64,000 bases of DNA from Thermoplasmata archaeon (GTDB taxonomy: Archaea; Thermoplasmatota; Thermoplasmata; Halarchaeoplasmatales; Halarchaeoplasmataceae), in contig PUNK01000035.1 of assembly GCA_003552585.1 (NCBI GenBank), positions 93-64,092 of the forward strand. Reading direction: 5' to 3'. Within the stretch, counting starts at the first letter, position 1. Every line of letters begins with the position of its first letter. Below the pieces are notes generated by a model that did no database searches, was not told the origin of the DNA, and worked only from the letters and a program-made list of their open reading frames with translations. Both the position numbers and the translations under genes were made by a program. Of the stretch, positions 49,066 through 59,900 are shown in pieces.

Positions 49066-50214
49066 TCACACCTCCTTCAGTATCTCATCCGGTGTATGCA
49101 CTTCGCCCCCGATCTTACTAGAAAGGACGACTTCACAGTCTGCGAACTCTTTTACCTTGTGATACAACTGTCCGGTATTCATCTCCACCACTACTATTTT
49201 ATCGACTTTTTTGGACAATTCTTTTACCGGGTCATTTGGGAAAGGCCACAGTGTTTTAAGCCTAAGGTATCCGATCTTTTTACCTTGATCTCGCCCTTTC
49301 GACATCGCTCCCAGGGCACTGCGGCTTGCTAGCCCATAGGAAAGAAGAACCACATCAGCGTCTTCGATGTTCCTCTCTTCAATATCTGTCAGCTCTTCCC
49401 GGTCATCAGTGATCTTTTCTATCTGTCTTCTCACGAGTCTATCGTGGTCCTCCTGGTCATCTGTAGCCGGAAAACCGTACTCATTGTGTGTAAGCCCTGT
49501 GACATAAGTGTGATATCCTGTACCGAAGGCAGCGAATTCGGGTACTTTTATATTCCCGTAATTCCCTTCGCCGAAAGGTACGTATTCTTCGGGTGGAACA
49601 TCAGGTTTCTTCCTTTCAAAAAGTTCGATTTCATCTGGGATGACAACTTTCTCTCTCATGTGTCCTATATCGGCACTGATCATCACGAACACCGGGCTCC
49701 TGTACTTTTCAGACAGGTTGAAAGCCTTGATCGTCAAATCGACCGTTTCTTGTATGGTATTCGGTGATAGTGCTATTGCCTGGTAGTCACCATGACTGCC
49801 GTACCTTGACTGCATGACGTCTCCTTCCGCTCCAAGAGTGGGTTGACCCGTGGAAGGGCCGGACCTTTGGACGTTTGCGAGTACGAGAGGAGTTTCAGTC
49901 ATGTAGGCAAAACCAATATTTTCCTGCATAAGCGAAAAACCTGGTCCGCTCGTGGCTGTCATAGCCTTTGCCCCTGTCCAGGAGGCTCCGATGACGGCAG
50001 CGATACTGGCCAATTCGTCTTCCATCTGTATATTCACTCCACCCACTTTAGGTATCAAGCTGGCCATCATCTCGGCGATCTCAGATGCAGGAGTGATCGG
50101 GTATCCTCCGTAGAAATTGCAACCCGCAAGAAGGGCACCGTAACAGACGGCGGTATCCCCGTGTATGAACTGCTTCTTTGGACCAAGAACTTTTTTTACC
50201 TTCTCAAGATTCAT
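49066..50214 (-). CDS. korA: 2-oxoacid:ferredoxin oxidoreductase alpha subunit (KOR-like)
   Basis: YPITPASE, QMEDE, TATSGPGFSLMQE and QRSGPSTG. Confidence 0.93.
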   Translation of the reverse strand: MNLEKVKKVLGPKKQFIHGDTAVCYGALLAGCNFYGGYPITPASEIAEMMASLIPKVGGVNIQMEDELASIAAVIGASWTGAKAMTATSGPGFSLMQENIGFAYMTETPLVLANVQRSGPSTGQPTLGAEGDVMQSRYGSHGDYQAIALSPNTIQETVDLTIKAFNLSEKYRSPVFVMISADIGHMREKVVIPDEIELFERKKPDVPPEEYVPFGEGNYGNIKVPEFAAFGTGYHTYVTGLTHNEYGFPATDDQEDHDRLVRRQIEKITDDREELTDIEERNIEDADVVLLSYGLASRSALGAMSKGRDQGKKIGYLRLKTLWPFPNDPVKELSKKVDKIVVVEMNTGQLYHKVKEFADCEVVLSSKIGGEVHTPDEILKEV

Positions 50215-50495
50215 GATCTGCCCCCAGCCTTTTTCTTTCTATCCACACCACAGCAGAGGAGTACCTTTTCCTTTTTAGAGGATTTTTTCTCCTCTTCCTC
50301 CTCGACTATGATGGCAAAATCAGGACATATCATCTCGCACAATCTACAACCGGTACACTTATCTTCGATCTCGATGGGTTCGTAGATGCCTCTCTCGTTG
50401 AGCTCTTCAGCCCTTTCCAGAGCATCGACGGGGCAGAAGCGTATGCACAGCCCACATCCCTTGCAGTATTCTTTGTTTACTTCTATCATTTTCAA
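50211..50495 (-). CDS. korD: 2x[4Fe-4S] ferredoxin-like delta subunit
   Basis: CKGCGLCIRFCP and CTGCRLCEMICPDFAI. Confidence 0.88.
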   Translation of the reverse strand: MKMIEVNKEYCKGCGLCIRFCPVDALERAEELNERGIYEPIEIEDKCTGCRLCEMICPDFAIIVEEEEEKKSSKKEKVLLCCGVDRKKKAGGRS

Positions 50496-50501
50496 TCCAC
50501 C

Positions 50502-52157
50502 TTATAGGGTGACGCTAATGTCTAGATGCCTTTCCAATACCTTTTTACCTCTGTATTCTGGCAGCAACCTCGGCGAAGTGTCTTTAGTATCTATACCGGC
50601 CTTTTCGAGGTCTTCTGTATGTTTATCGATGTGTTCGAGGCTCAATTTTGCAGGTGAACCGGCTTTCTGAGCCCGTTTCGCGGCGGCCATACCCGCTCGT
50701 CTTCCGAAAACGTTGAAATCCAGTAATGAATTACCCATCAGACGGTTCTTACCGTGGATCCCACCTGAAACTTCACCACTAGCGAATAAACCTTTAACAG
50801 GAGTAGATCCGTCGGGATTTATCACAAGACCTCCATTCTGGTAGTGGAGCGTTGGGAAAACAAGTATCGGGTCCTTTGTCATGTCTATACCGAACCTCTT
50901 GTATTGTCTGACCATGGCCGGAAGCCTGTCTTCTATAGTTCCTTCGCCTTCCAACTCGTCTATCAGAGGCGAGTCAAGCCATACTCCTTTCATACCTGTA
51001 GGAGTCGTGACCCCTTTTTCTCTTCCATAGCACTCTCGGATTATCGCGGCGGCTTCAACATCCCTCGGTTCAAGAGGGTTGACGAACATCTCACCGTCAA
51101 CATTCACCGGTTGAGCGCCCAGACTTCTTACTTTCTCCGTGACTAGGAGACCTACGACTTGATCAGGATGTGCAGCGCCTGTCGGGTGATACTGTACACT
51201 GTCCATATCTCTTAGAGGTACGCCCGCCCGATAACCCATGACAAGACCATCAGCTGTCGCACCGTAATGGTTCGTGGTCGGATAGGATTGTATGTGAAGT
51301 CTGCCGAATCCACCTGTGGCCATGATGGTGGATTTTGCTCGAACGACATAATATTCGTTCGTTTCGAGGTTCATCAGCAATGCTCCTGTCACTTCTCCGT
51401 TTCCATCTGTAAGTAGTTCGACTGCCGGAGCGAATTCTAAGACCGGTATATCTTTGTTCCTGAATTCGTCTCTTAGTACCCTCATTATCTCCATACCGGT
51501 ATAATCGCCCGCCGAGTGAAGTCGGTATCTTGATGTCCCTCCTCCCGGAAGTTCAACGAAATCGCCGTCTTTATCCCTATCGTACATCACACCGAGTTCT
51601 TCATGCCACTTCATTATCTTAGGCGCATCCTCGGTGAGCGCTTTCAATAAAGCCTCGTCATTAGTGAAGTGCCCTCCTCCTATGGCATCTAGGTAATGTT
51701 GTATAGGCGAATCGATCTCTTTATCAGCAGCCTGTATGCCTCCCTGGGCCATCATGCTGTTCGAGTCTCCGTGCCTCAGCTTCGTGGCCAAAAGGATATT
51801 TTCGGGAGAGATTCCCTCTTTGACGGCCCATAGAGCGGCTACGGTACCGGCTCCGCCACCGCCGATTATCAATATATCGACATCGTGATCTATCTGTGAC
51901 AAGTCCACCTCATCCGGATCTATCAGGCTTGGTGAATGGAGCAGTTGAGCTAATTCGACAGGGGCCTTTTCACCCTTGCTGGGACCAACGACCAGTTCTT
52001 TTTTACCTTCTTCCCTGTAATCCGGATGGAACCTGTTGAGGACCTCTTCAGATTCTTCCGCACCCATCCTTTCGAAGGTCTTTCCAACCCTTTCAGACCG
52101 GGTTTTTTCGACCTTTTCGATGGACTTCCTCATGTGATCTGGGTAACCGTCTTCCAT
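50502..52157 (-). CDS. Soluble fumarate reductase/succinate dehydrogenase-family flavoprotein
   Basis: GGGGAG, MAQGGI, ATGG, QYHPTG, TEKVR, PRD, LHYQNGG and HGKNRLMGNSL; no covalent-FAD His. Confidence 0.85.
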   Translation of the reverse strand: MEDGYPDHMRKSIEKVEKTRSERVGKTFERMGAEESEEVLNRFHPDYREEGKKELVVGPSKGEKAPVELAQLLHSPSLIDPDEVDLSQIDHDVDILIIGGGGAGTVAALWAVKEGISPENILLATKLRHGDSNSMMAQGGIQAADKEIDSPIQHYLDAIGGGHFTNDEALLKALTEDAPKIMKWHEELGVMYDRDKDGDFVELPGGGTSRYRLHSAGDYTGMEIMRVLRDEFRNKDIPVLEFAPAVELLTDGNGEVTGALLMNLETNEYYVVRAKSTIMATGGFGRLHIQSYPTTNHYGATADGLVMGYRAGVPLRDMDSVQYHPTGAAHPDQVVGLLVTEKVRSLGAQPVNVDGEMFVNPLEPRDVEAAAIIRECYGREKGVTTPTGMKGVWLDSPLIDELEGEGTIEDRLPAMVRQYKRFGIDMTKDPILVFPTLHYQNGGLVINPDGSTPVKGLFASGEVSGGIHGKNRLMGNSLLDFNVFGRRAGMAAAKRAQKAGSPAKLSLEHIDKHTEDLEKAGIDTKDTSPRLLPEYRGKKVLERHLDISVTL

Positions 52158-52160
52158 CTT

Positions 52161-52862
52161 CTATCCCTCCTCCTCGAACTTACGTTCTTCATAGCACTTT
52201 TTGAGCTCATCTATAGTCATCTTCAACATCTCTTCGTATTCTTCAGTATATATTCCTTCCTCTAGCTCTTTTATCCTTTTCTCAAGCTCACTGCTGTCTA
52301 GATCCAGATATCGTCCTTTTAATCGTCTCGCCAGCTGGGCAAGATGGTAGTGTTTTATATCTGCTGGACATCTGATGGAGCAGAGCCCACAGTGTAAGCA
52401 GTCGAATGAGAGCTTTGCAGTCCTTTCGACGTCGCCGCGTAAAGCAGCTTGGACATAATCCATCACTTCGATGTCTTGAGGACAGGCCTTGCTGCACGTG
52501 TTACAGCTGACACATCTAGCGATCTCGGGATAGAGATCGAGTAACACGTTGTCCTTCTCCCCAGGATCCACGTCTTCTATTTCATATGCTTCCCTGAGGG
52601 CGGGTACGAAGGGTAACTGCACCAGGAACATCCCGTCTTCGACCGCAGTTTGACATGCGAGATCCATCTTGAGCTTATAGTCATCTTCCTTTCTATATAC
52701 GGTGGAACAGGCTCCACAGAAACCTCCTCTGCAGCCGCATCCCCTCACATACTTGTAACCAGCGTATTCGAGTGCAGTCATTATAGTGAGTCCCTCGGGA
52801 ACCCTGTATCTCCTGCCCATGACGTATATGTCTATCATATTTTGTTCTTCTTGATCAGCCAT
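52161..52862 (-). CDS. [2Fe-2S] + 2x[4Fe-4S] subunit (SdhB/FrdB-like)
   Basis: GCRGGFCGAC..LACQ, CVSCNTCSKACP and CLHCGLCSIRCP. Confidence 0.85.
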   Translation of the reverse strand: MADQEEQNMIDIYVMGRRYRVPEGLTIMTALEYAGYKYVRGCGCRGGFCGACSTVYRKEDDYKLKMDLACQTAVEDGMFLVQLPFVPALREAYEIEDVDPGEKDNVLLDLYPEIARCVSCNTCSKACPQDIEVMDYVQAALRGDVERTAKLSFDCLHCGLCSIRCPADIKHYHLAQLARRLKGRYLDLDSSELEKRIKELEEGIYTEEYEEMLKMTIDELKKCYEERKFEEEG

Positions 52863-52867
52863 TCATA

Positions 52868-53713
52868 TCACTCCAAGAAATCTTTAAGCGCACCTCTTGG
52901 GTTTATCTTATGTTTTTTTAGCCCCGCTTCCATACCGAACGACAGCGCCATCAACTCGGTGAGGTATAACACGGGTATTTTATGATCACTAACTCGTTGA
53001 TGATAATCGAGGTTGAACTGACATAACGGACACGAGAGTGCTATTACATCCGCCCCGTCTTCAGCGGCACGTGCCACGATCTCCTCGACCCTATTTTCCA
53101 CGATATCTCCCCTGTTCACTGTATGGTAAGAACCGCAGCACTCGGTCCTTTTGGGATTAACGATGGTATTTGCACCAAGGAGCTCGAGTATGTCCTCCAT
53201 GATCATCGGATCTTCGGTGTTATCTATGGAAACATGGTTCGGCCTTAGCAACATGCATCCGTAATAAGTGACGACGTTCAAACCGTCTAGTGGCTTTTTG
53301 ACCAACTTTTTTATCTCATCCTTCATATCTCTAAAAAGTTCAAAGATGTGATGAACTTCGACCTGACCTTCGTAATCAGGGTCTTCGTCCAAAAATTCAT
53401 TCATCGTTTCCAGTTCATCCGGTTTTTCTTTCATCCTCTTGTTGGCCTGTTTCAGCACGTTGTAGCACATATCACAGAGGGTGACCAGTTCTCTCTCACC
53501 TTGCTCTTGAGCACACAACATGGTCCTCACAGCGGCGATCTGATGCATTATGTCATCTGTTGCCAGGGACTGCACGGCGCCGCAGCAGTACCAGTTATCC
53601 ATTTCAACCAGTGGTTTACCCAATGCTTCCATGACCTTTTTAGAGCTCTCTTCGTAGTCACTGGCCTTGGTTTTTAACGTGCATCCAGGATAATAAAGGT
53701 AGCCATCCTCCAT
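52868..53713 (-). CDS. hdrB: Heterodisulfide reductase subunit B
   Basis: Two CCG domains: YPGC..CCGA..CDMC and YYGCMLLRP..CCGS..CPLCQFNLD. Confidence 0.93.
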   Translation of the reverse strand: MEDGYLYYPGCTLKTKASDYEESSKKVMEALGKPLVEMDNWYCCGAVQSLATDDIMHQIAAVRTMLCAQEQGERELVTLCDMCYNVLKQANKRMKEKPDELETMNEFLDEDPDYEGQVEVHHIFELFRDMKDEIKKLVKKPLDGLNVVTYYGCMLLRPNHVSIDNTEDPMIMEDILELLGANTIVNPKRTECCGSYHTVNRGDIVENRVEEIVARAAEDGADVIALSCPLCQFNLDYHQRVSDHKIPVLYLTELMALSFGMEAGLKKHKINPRGALKDFLE

Positions 53714-53718
53714 CTGTA

Positions 53719-54105
53719 TCACCCCGTCTCCTTCCTGAAGCAGCCGACTACGGCGAGCTGAGGTAGCTCCTCTATGTTATCTAAACCATCCAGGTCGACC
53801 ATATCTATATCCTCTCTCAGCAAAGTCAATCTGACCGCTTCCATTATCTTAGCGATGTCTATATCTCTTGGACATCTTACGCTGCAGGTAAAACAGGCCG
53901 CACAGATCCACATCGTGTTGTTTTTCATTATCCCCTCTCGATCCCCTAAAACTATCCGCTTGAATATCCTTTCTGGTAATACATCCATCTCTTCAACAAA
54001 AGGACATCCTGCGGAACAGGTACCACAGCGTATACAAGCATTTACCGACTCACCTGACAGCTCTTCCACCTTTTCTAGAAATTCCAGATCCCTTTTCACC
54101 TTCAT
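53719..54105 (-). CDS. hdrC: Heterodisulfide reductase subunit C
   Basis: CIRCGTCSAGCP and WICAACFTCSVRCPRDID. Confidence 0.92.
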   Translation of the reverse strand: MKVKRDLEFLEKVEELSGESVNACIRCGTCSAGCPFVEEMDVLPERIFKRIVLGDREGIMKNNTMWICAACFTCSVRCPRDIDIAKIMEAVRLTLLREDIDMVDLDGLDNIEELPQLAVVGCFRKETG

Positions 54106-55559
54106 GATCTACCACCCAATCCCTGTGAAAAGGTCTTATAGACTTTTTTATCGTTATCGTAAAGGGTCACTTTCATGGGCGTATCCCCCATAGCTGAGTG
54201 GGTAGCACAAGCAAGACACGGATCGTAGGCTCTGAACGCTCTTTCAACACTGTTGAGCATACCTTCTTTTACATCTCCACCGTCAACGTATTTTTTTGCT
54301 GCGTCCCTGACACTCATGTTTATCGCTGCGGCATTGTGAAGAGTAGCTACGATGAGGTTCACCTCTTCTACAAGCCCCTCCTCGTCAAGTGTGTAATCAT
54401 GTATCAGTGTTCCTCGGGCAGCTTCAACTATACCTACACCTTTCCCGGGCTCACCGGGTTCGTTCCTTATATCGTTGTCCTCGATATTATCATCACGGAT
54501 CAGTTCATCTACCAGCTCGGCTGCCTGGAGGATCTCTATCAATCTCGCCCAGTGATAGGAAAGGGTTGAGTGAGCAGGCTTACCGCCCAGTGTTTCGAAC
54601 ATCTCTTCGTATTCTTCCTGAGCCTTGGGCGTCTGCATACCGTCCGCCGCATTCAACCTACCCAAAGTACCTACACGGTAAACTCCTGAATCTTCTCCCT
54701 CTTCAAATCCCTTCCATCCTATATCTTTCAGGTATGGGAATTTCATGTAGCTCCATGGTTCGACGTGCTCTCTTATCACATCCAAGTAATCCGCACCGGA
54801 GAACTCGGCATACTTCTTTCCGTCGGGATCAACGACCCTGACTTTACCATCCTTGTGGCTCACCTTATCATCTTTGACGAGACCCATGCTGTAGAGCTCT
54901 AAACGGTCCTCTTCTATGGGTTTTTTGTACTCCTTGAGTATCTTGTCTTTGAATAGATCGAGTGAAAATTTGGCGAAGTCCACCATCCCTTCGGAGATGT
55001 CCATTATCTCTTCCCTTTCATCAGGAGCTAGGGATCTGCTGACACCACCGGGTATTCCGAACATCGGATGGATAGCTTTGCCACCTAGTGTCGAGATCAC
55101 CCTTTGTCCGTTAGCTCTCTGTCGGATGACCTGCTTACCAACGTCGACTCCCATCTTATTTATGATGCCGATTATATTCCTCTCCTCCTTCGGTGCGTCG
55201 ACACCCATTATGAAATCGGGACTCGCTAGATAATAGAAATGAAGCAGGTGGTCAGCGTAGATATAGCCGTTGTACATCAATTCTCGCAGCTTGTTAGCCG
55301 TCTCAGTGGGTTCAACCCCGTAGGCGTCGTCCAGCGCCTTCGTGGCGGCCATGTGATGAGCCACGGGACACACACCACATATCCTGCTGGTCAGAGAGGG
55401 CATGTCCTCCGCTCTTCTACCCTGACAGAACTTTTCAAATCCTTTGTATTCGGGTACCTGCAGGTAAGCGTTCTTAACGTTCTTTTGTCCGTCCAAAAAT
55501 ATGTCTATCTTGCCGTGTCCTTCAAGTCTTGTTATCGGATCTATCGATATCTTATCCAT
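54102..55559 (-). CDS. mvhA: [NiFe]-hydrogenase large subunit, MvhA type (group 3c)
   Basis: TRLEGHG, RICGVC (L1), EAARGTLIH and DPCLACATH (L2) with C-terminal extension. Confidence 0.94.
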   Translation of the reverse strand: MDKISIDPITRLEGHGKIDIFLDGQKNVKNAYLQVPEYKGFEKFCQGRRAEDMPSLTSRICGVCPVAHHMAATKALDDAYGVEPTETANKLRELMYNGYIYADHLLHFYYLASPDFIMGVDAPKEERNIIGIINKMGVDVGKQVIRQRANGQRVISTLGGKAIHPMFGIPGGVSRSLAPDEREEIMDISEGMVDFAKFSLDLFKDKILKEYKKPIEEDRLELYSMGLVKDDKVSHKDGKVRVVDPDGKKYAEFSGADYLDVIREHVEPWSYMKFPYLKDIGWKGFEEGEDSGVYRVGTLGRLNAADGMQTPKAQEEYEEMFETLGGKPAHSTLSYHWARLIEILQAAELVDELIRDDNIEDNDIRNEPGEPGKGVGIVEAARGTLIHDYTLDEEGLVEEVNLIVATLHNAAAINMSVRDAAKKYVDGGDVKEGMLNSVERAFRAYDPCLACATHSAMGDTPMKVTLYDNDKKVYKTFSQGLGGRS

Positions 55560-56526
55560 CTACATCACCTCTGCGGTACTGCAGGTAACTGCTTGGAAGA
55601 CTGAACGTGTAGAACGAGCCAGTAGGATCCCTTATGCTGTCTATCGCCTCTTGAAGTTCGTCCTCTTCCATATTCTCTTCCCCTTCTATACCAACTACGG
55701 AAGCCAATGCGGAAAGCATCCTCGATCCCTGGTCTTTCATGCCTCTCACCGGACCGTTGCATCCGACACATGGATGAGCTGCTACCGATGGGCAAGGGGC
55801 TTCACACATCCCCGCCGTGGCAGGACCCATGCACAGGACACCTTGGTCAAGTATACACTTCTCTGGATCTATACTGACTTCCTGTATCGGTCTTATCTTC
55901 TCTATCCTCTTTTCCTCCCTATCCATCGCACACACGTCACAAACACTCTTCTGGGAGATCAGGTCGTACTTACCCACGTCTTCGTCACCCAAAAGGGCGG
56001 TGAACGCCTCTTCAAGCTGGACAGGTAAAGGGGGACATCCTGGAAGATAATGATCCACCTCTATCACCCTATCCAGGGGAACGACGTGATGTAGTAGAGA
56101 CGGTAATTCGAGTTCCCCTTCCTCCACCTTTGATTCATTTTGAGGTCTTACACCATCGTCTGTAGAGCGTGTCGAGTAACCGACCTCTATCAGTTCCTCC
56201 TTTGAAGAGAGGTTACCCAGGCCGAAGAGTCCCCCGATGCTCGAACATGAGCCGTAGGCAACGACCTTTTTAGCTTTCTCTCTGATGAGTTCGACCATCT
56301 CTTTGTTCTCTTCAGACCTTATCGAACCGTTTATGAAAGCTATGTCGATCTCCTCGTCCTCCATTGCTTCTAGGTCTTCATATTTAGGATCCATAGCACA
56401 GGGCCAGAAAACGATGTCAGCCTTTTCTATAACGTCAAGTATCATCTCGTCTATGTCGAGTACACTAACTTCACAACCACCACATGCGGCACACCAGTAA
56501 AACGCGATCTTTTTCTTCATCATCAT
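55552..56526 (-). CDS. mvhG: [NiFe]-hydrogenase small subunit, MvhG type
   Basis: CAACGGC, YGSC, PGCPP, VCDVC and CILDQGVLCMGPAT..C...CP....PCVGC. Confidence 0.92.
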   Translation of the reverse strand: MMMKKKIAFYWCAACGGCEVSVLDIDEMILDVIEKADIVFWPCAMDPKYEDLEAMEDEEIDIAFINGSIRSEENKEMVELIREKAKKVVAYGSCSSIGGLFGLGNLSSKEELIEVGYSTRSTDDGVRPQNESKVEEGELELPSLLHHVVPLDRVIEVDHYLPGCPPLPVQLEEAFTALLGDEDVGKYDLISQKSVCDVCAMDREEKRIEKIRPIQEVSIDPEKCILDQGVLCMGPATAGMCEAPCPSVAAHPCVGCNGPVRGMKDQGSRMLSALASVVGIEGEENMEEDELQEAIDSIRDPTGSFYTFSLPSSYLQYRRGDVDG

Positions 56527-56948
56527 TCCTCCAGGGGCACATCGCTCAGGTCGAGAGGACCGAGCTGTTTCACTTCTTCAACCATTTCTTTCATAACTTT
56601 TGCGAACTTACCCCCCTCCGCTGATGATATCCATTCTAGACGCAATCTTTCCGGGTTTATCCCCATATCTTTTAGTATCTTGGACATCATCTCTATCTTC
56701 CTTTTGGTCTTATAGTTCCCGTTTATATAATGGCAGTCTCCCGGGTGACATCCTGCCACTAGTACCCCATCAGCTCCCTCCTGAAACGATTCGAGGACGT
56801 GCTCAGGTGAAACACGGGAGGAGCACATCAGGCGGATACTCAATATGTTGGGCGGGTACTGTTCCCTGTTAACGCCGGCCAGGTCGCCTCCTGCGTAACT
56901 GCACCAATTACAGAGAAAAGCTATGATCCTTGGTTCATGCTCATCCAT
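56523..56948 (-). CDS. mvhD: [2Fe-2S] adaptor MvhD
   Basis: FLCNWCSY, MCSSRV, GCHPGDCHY and WISSAEG. Confidence 0.95.
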   Translation of the reverse strand: MDEHEPRIIAFLCNWCSYAGGDLAGVNREQYPPNILSIRLMCSSRVSPEHVLESFQEGADGVLVAGCHPGDCHYINGNYKTKRKIEMMSKILKDMGINPERLRLEWISSAEGGKFAKVMKEMVEEVKQLGPLDLSDVPLEE

Positions 56949-56949
56949 A

Positions 56950-59900
56950 TCACATCACCTCTTCTTCCATCAAGGCCGCCTGTATCATGGCGTTGATCGT
57001 CTCGTTATCGTATCCCTTTTGGTCTATAGCGCCTATGGGACAAACACTGGCACATGCTCCGCATCCTTTACACAACACGTCCGTTATCTTTGCTATCTCA
57101 TCTTCAGGATCGTGTTCTATCGCACCATAAGGGCACACGGATATGCACATCTTACATCCGCTGCATAGATCATCGTCCACTACTGAGATTATACCTTCGC
57201 TCTTGGAGTAGCCTTTCATCATGGGTACGAGTGCTTTGGAAGCTGCACCTTCAGCCTGGGCTAACGTATCAGCGACGTTCTTCGGATAATGGGCGCCCCC
57301 TGCTAGATAAACGCCTTCTGATGGGAATTCAAGCGGTCTAAGCTTAGCGTGGGCTTCCATGTAGAAGCTTGCAGGATCAGAGGCCACCTTCAACATCTTC
57401 TTAAGATCGTTGACGCTCGAGTCGCCCTCTAGCTGCATCGCCAGTACAAGGTAATCCGCATCGATCTCGAGGTCCTCGTCCAACAAGTTGTCGTGAACTT
57501 TGACACCGATCCTTTCACCCACTTCTATCTCTGGTTCGTTCTCGGTGGAATACCTGAGGAATATGACACCTTCATCCCCCTCGACTTCCATATAATATTC
57601 TTCTTCTTTCTTACCGAACACTCTCATATCCTTGTAGAGTATGTATACGTTCGCGTCAGGGTAGCGTCTTTTTATCTCTTTGGCATTCTTCAGGGAGTTA
57701 CCACAGCCAACCCTGCAGCACCACGGACGCTCTTCCTCTAGAGCTCCGACACAGTTGATGAAGACGATGTCTTTCGGTTCCTCCAGCTCATCCTTCTTTA
57801 GAGATCGGTCGAGCTCGAGCTGGGTCATGATCCGGTCATCTTCACCGTAAGAATAGAAATCCTTCGGATCTATCTCTTGGAATCCGGTTGCGAGTACAAT
57901 CGTGTCGACCTCGATCTCTTCTTCGTTAACGGTAACTTCGTAGTTGCCTATGTACCCGTCTATACCTTCGATCTTTGCAGAGGTGATAACCCTGATGTCT
58001 TCTTCATCGATTTGATGTATCAGTTCTTTAGCGAATTTCTCTGCATCTATCTCGGATGGGAAAAGGGTGTCTAATTCGTTCAGCTTGCCTCCCAATCTAT
58101 CCTCCTTTTCCACAAGGGTGACCTCCTGTCCGGTTTGAGAAAGGCTCAAAGCCGTGCGCATACCTGCCGGCCCCCCACCGATAACAAGGGTCCTGTTGCC
58201 AACATCGATCTCGCTTTCGGTCAGAGCATAAAGCCTTCTTGCCTTAGCCACGGCCATCTTTGTTAGGATTTCCGCCTTCTTGGTTGCTTTCTCGTTGTCA
58301 TCACTGTGTACCCAACTGCACATGTTACGGATGTTAGCCATCTCGAAAAGGTACTTGTTCAATCCTGCTTCCTCGAGGGTCTGCTGGAACACCTGCTCGT
58401 GAGTTCGGGGTGAACAGGCGGAAACGACTATCCTGTTCAGATCATGTTCATCTATGGCCTCTTTGATCAATTTCTGGGCATCCTCAGAACATGCGAATAC
58501 GGAATCGTTTACGTATACGACTCCCGGCAGGTCTTTAACAGATTCTGAAACGCTGTTGACATCTAGATAATTGGCGATGTTTTTACCGCAGTGACACACG
58601 AAAACACCTATCCTGGGTTCCTGATCAGACACATCTTTTTCAGGTGTCTTTTCAGTTTTCTTTTTCCACCTTTCTCTTCCTTTGAGCGGTTCAAGAGCTC
58701 TCCCTGCAGCTCCACTCCCTTGGGCAACACTGTCCGGTATGTCCTTTGGCGACTGGGCACAGCCTGCTAGGTATATGCCCTCTCTTGAAGAATCCATAGC
58801 ATCGGTGAGATCCTCTTTGGATTGGAAGAATCCGTTCTCATCCAATTCTATATCCAATATCTTTGACAGCTCTTCGTTTCCCGAGGAAGGCATGATGGCT
58901 GACGAAAGGACGACCATGTCGACGTGGTCCGTTTTAACCTCTCCTTTCTCGGTATCCTCAAATTCTATGGCTAAACTACCATCCGGTTCTTCGTAAATAC
59001 GAGAGGGCCTTCCACGTATGTAATTCACTCCCTTCTTTTTTGCCTTGTCGTAGTACTGCTGGAAGTCCTTACCATAGGTCCTCATGTCCATGTAATATAT
59101 GGAGGTATCAACATCGGACATCTCGCTTTTAGTGATGGATGCCTGCTTCGTTGCATACATACAGCAGACCCTAGAACAGTAAGGCATACCCTTTTGTTTG
59201 CAGCGTGAACCGACACATTGGATCCATGCTATCGACTCAGGTTCTTTGCCATCTGAGCGCTTCAACGGTTTTCCACCGGTTGGGCCCGAAGCCGACATCA
59301 ATCTTTCGAACTCCAAGGCCGTGTAAACGTTGTCATATCTGGTGTATCCATACTCGTCTCTCCATTCCTGTGGCTGCATCATCTCGTAACCAGTGGCCAC
59401 TATGATACTGCCCACCTCTATCTCTATCTCTCGTGATTTTTCAAGGAAATCTATGGCATCTGCATCACAAATGCGCTCGCAAGCACAACAGCCCACGCAG
59501 TGGTCATAGTCAATCGTATATGTTAGAGGGACAGACTGTGGATATTCCACATATATCGCTTTTCTATAGCTCATCTCCTGTTCGAATTCACTAGGAACCT
59601 GAACGGGACAGGCATCTGCACAATCTCCACATCCTGTGCAGATATCAGGATCCACGTATTTCGTTTTTTTCCAGATCTTAACATTGAATCTTCCGGCACT
59701 TCCAAGCACTTCTTTGACCTCTGAGTAAGTAAGGATGTCGATATTCTCGTTTCTGCTCGCTTCTACCATCTTTGGCGAAGATATACAGATAGAACAGTCA
59801 TTTGTGGGAAAGGTCTTATCCAGTTTGACCATATTTCCCCCGATACTAGGGGATTTATCCACGATTACAACCTCGTAACCCTTTTCAGCCAGATCAAGAG

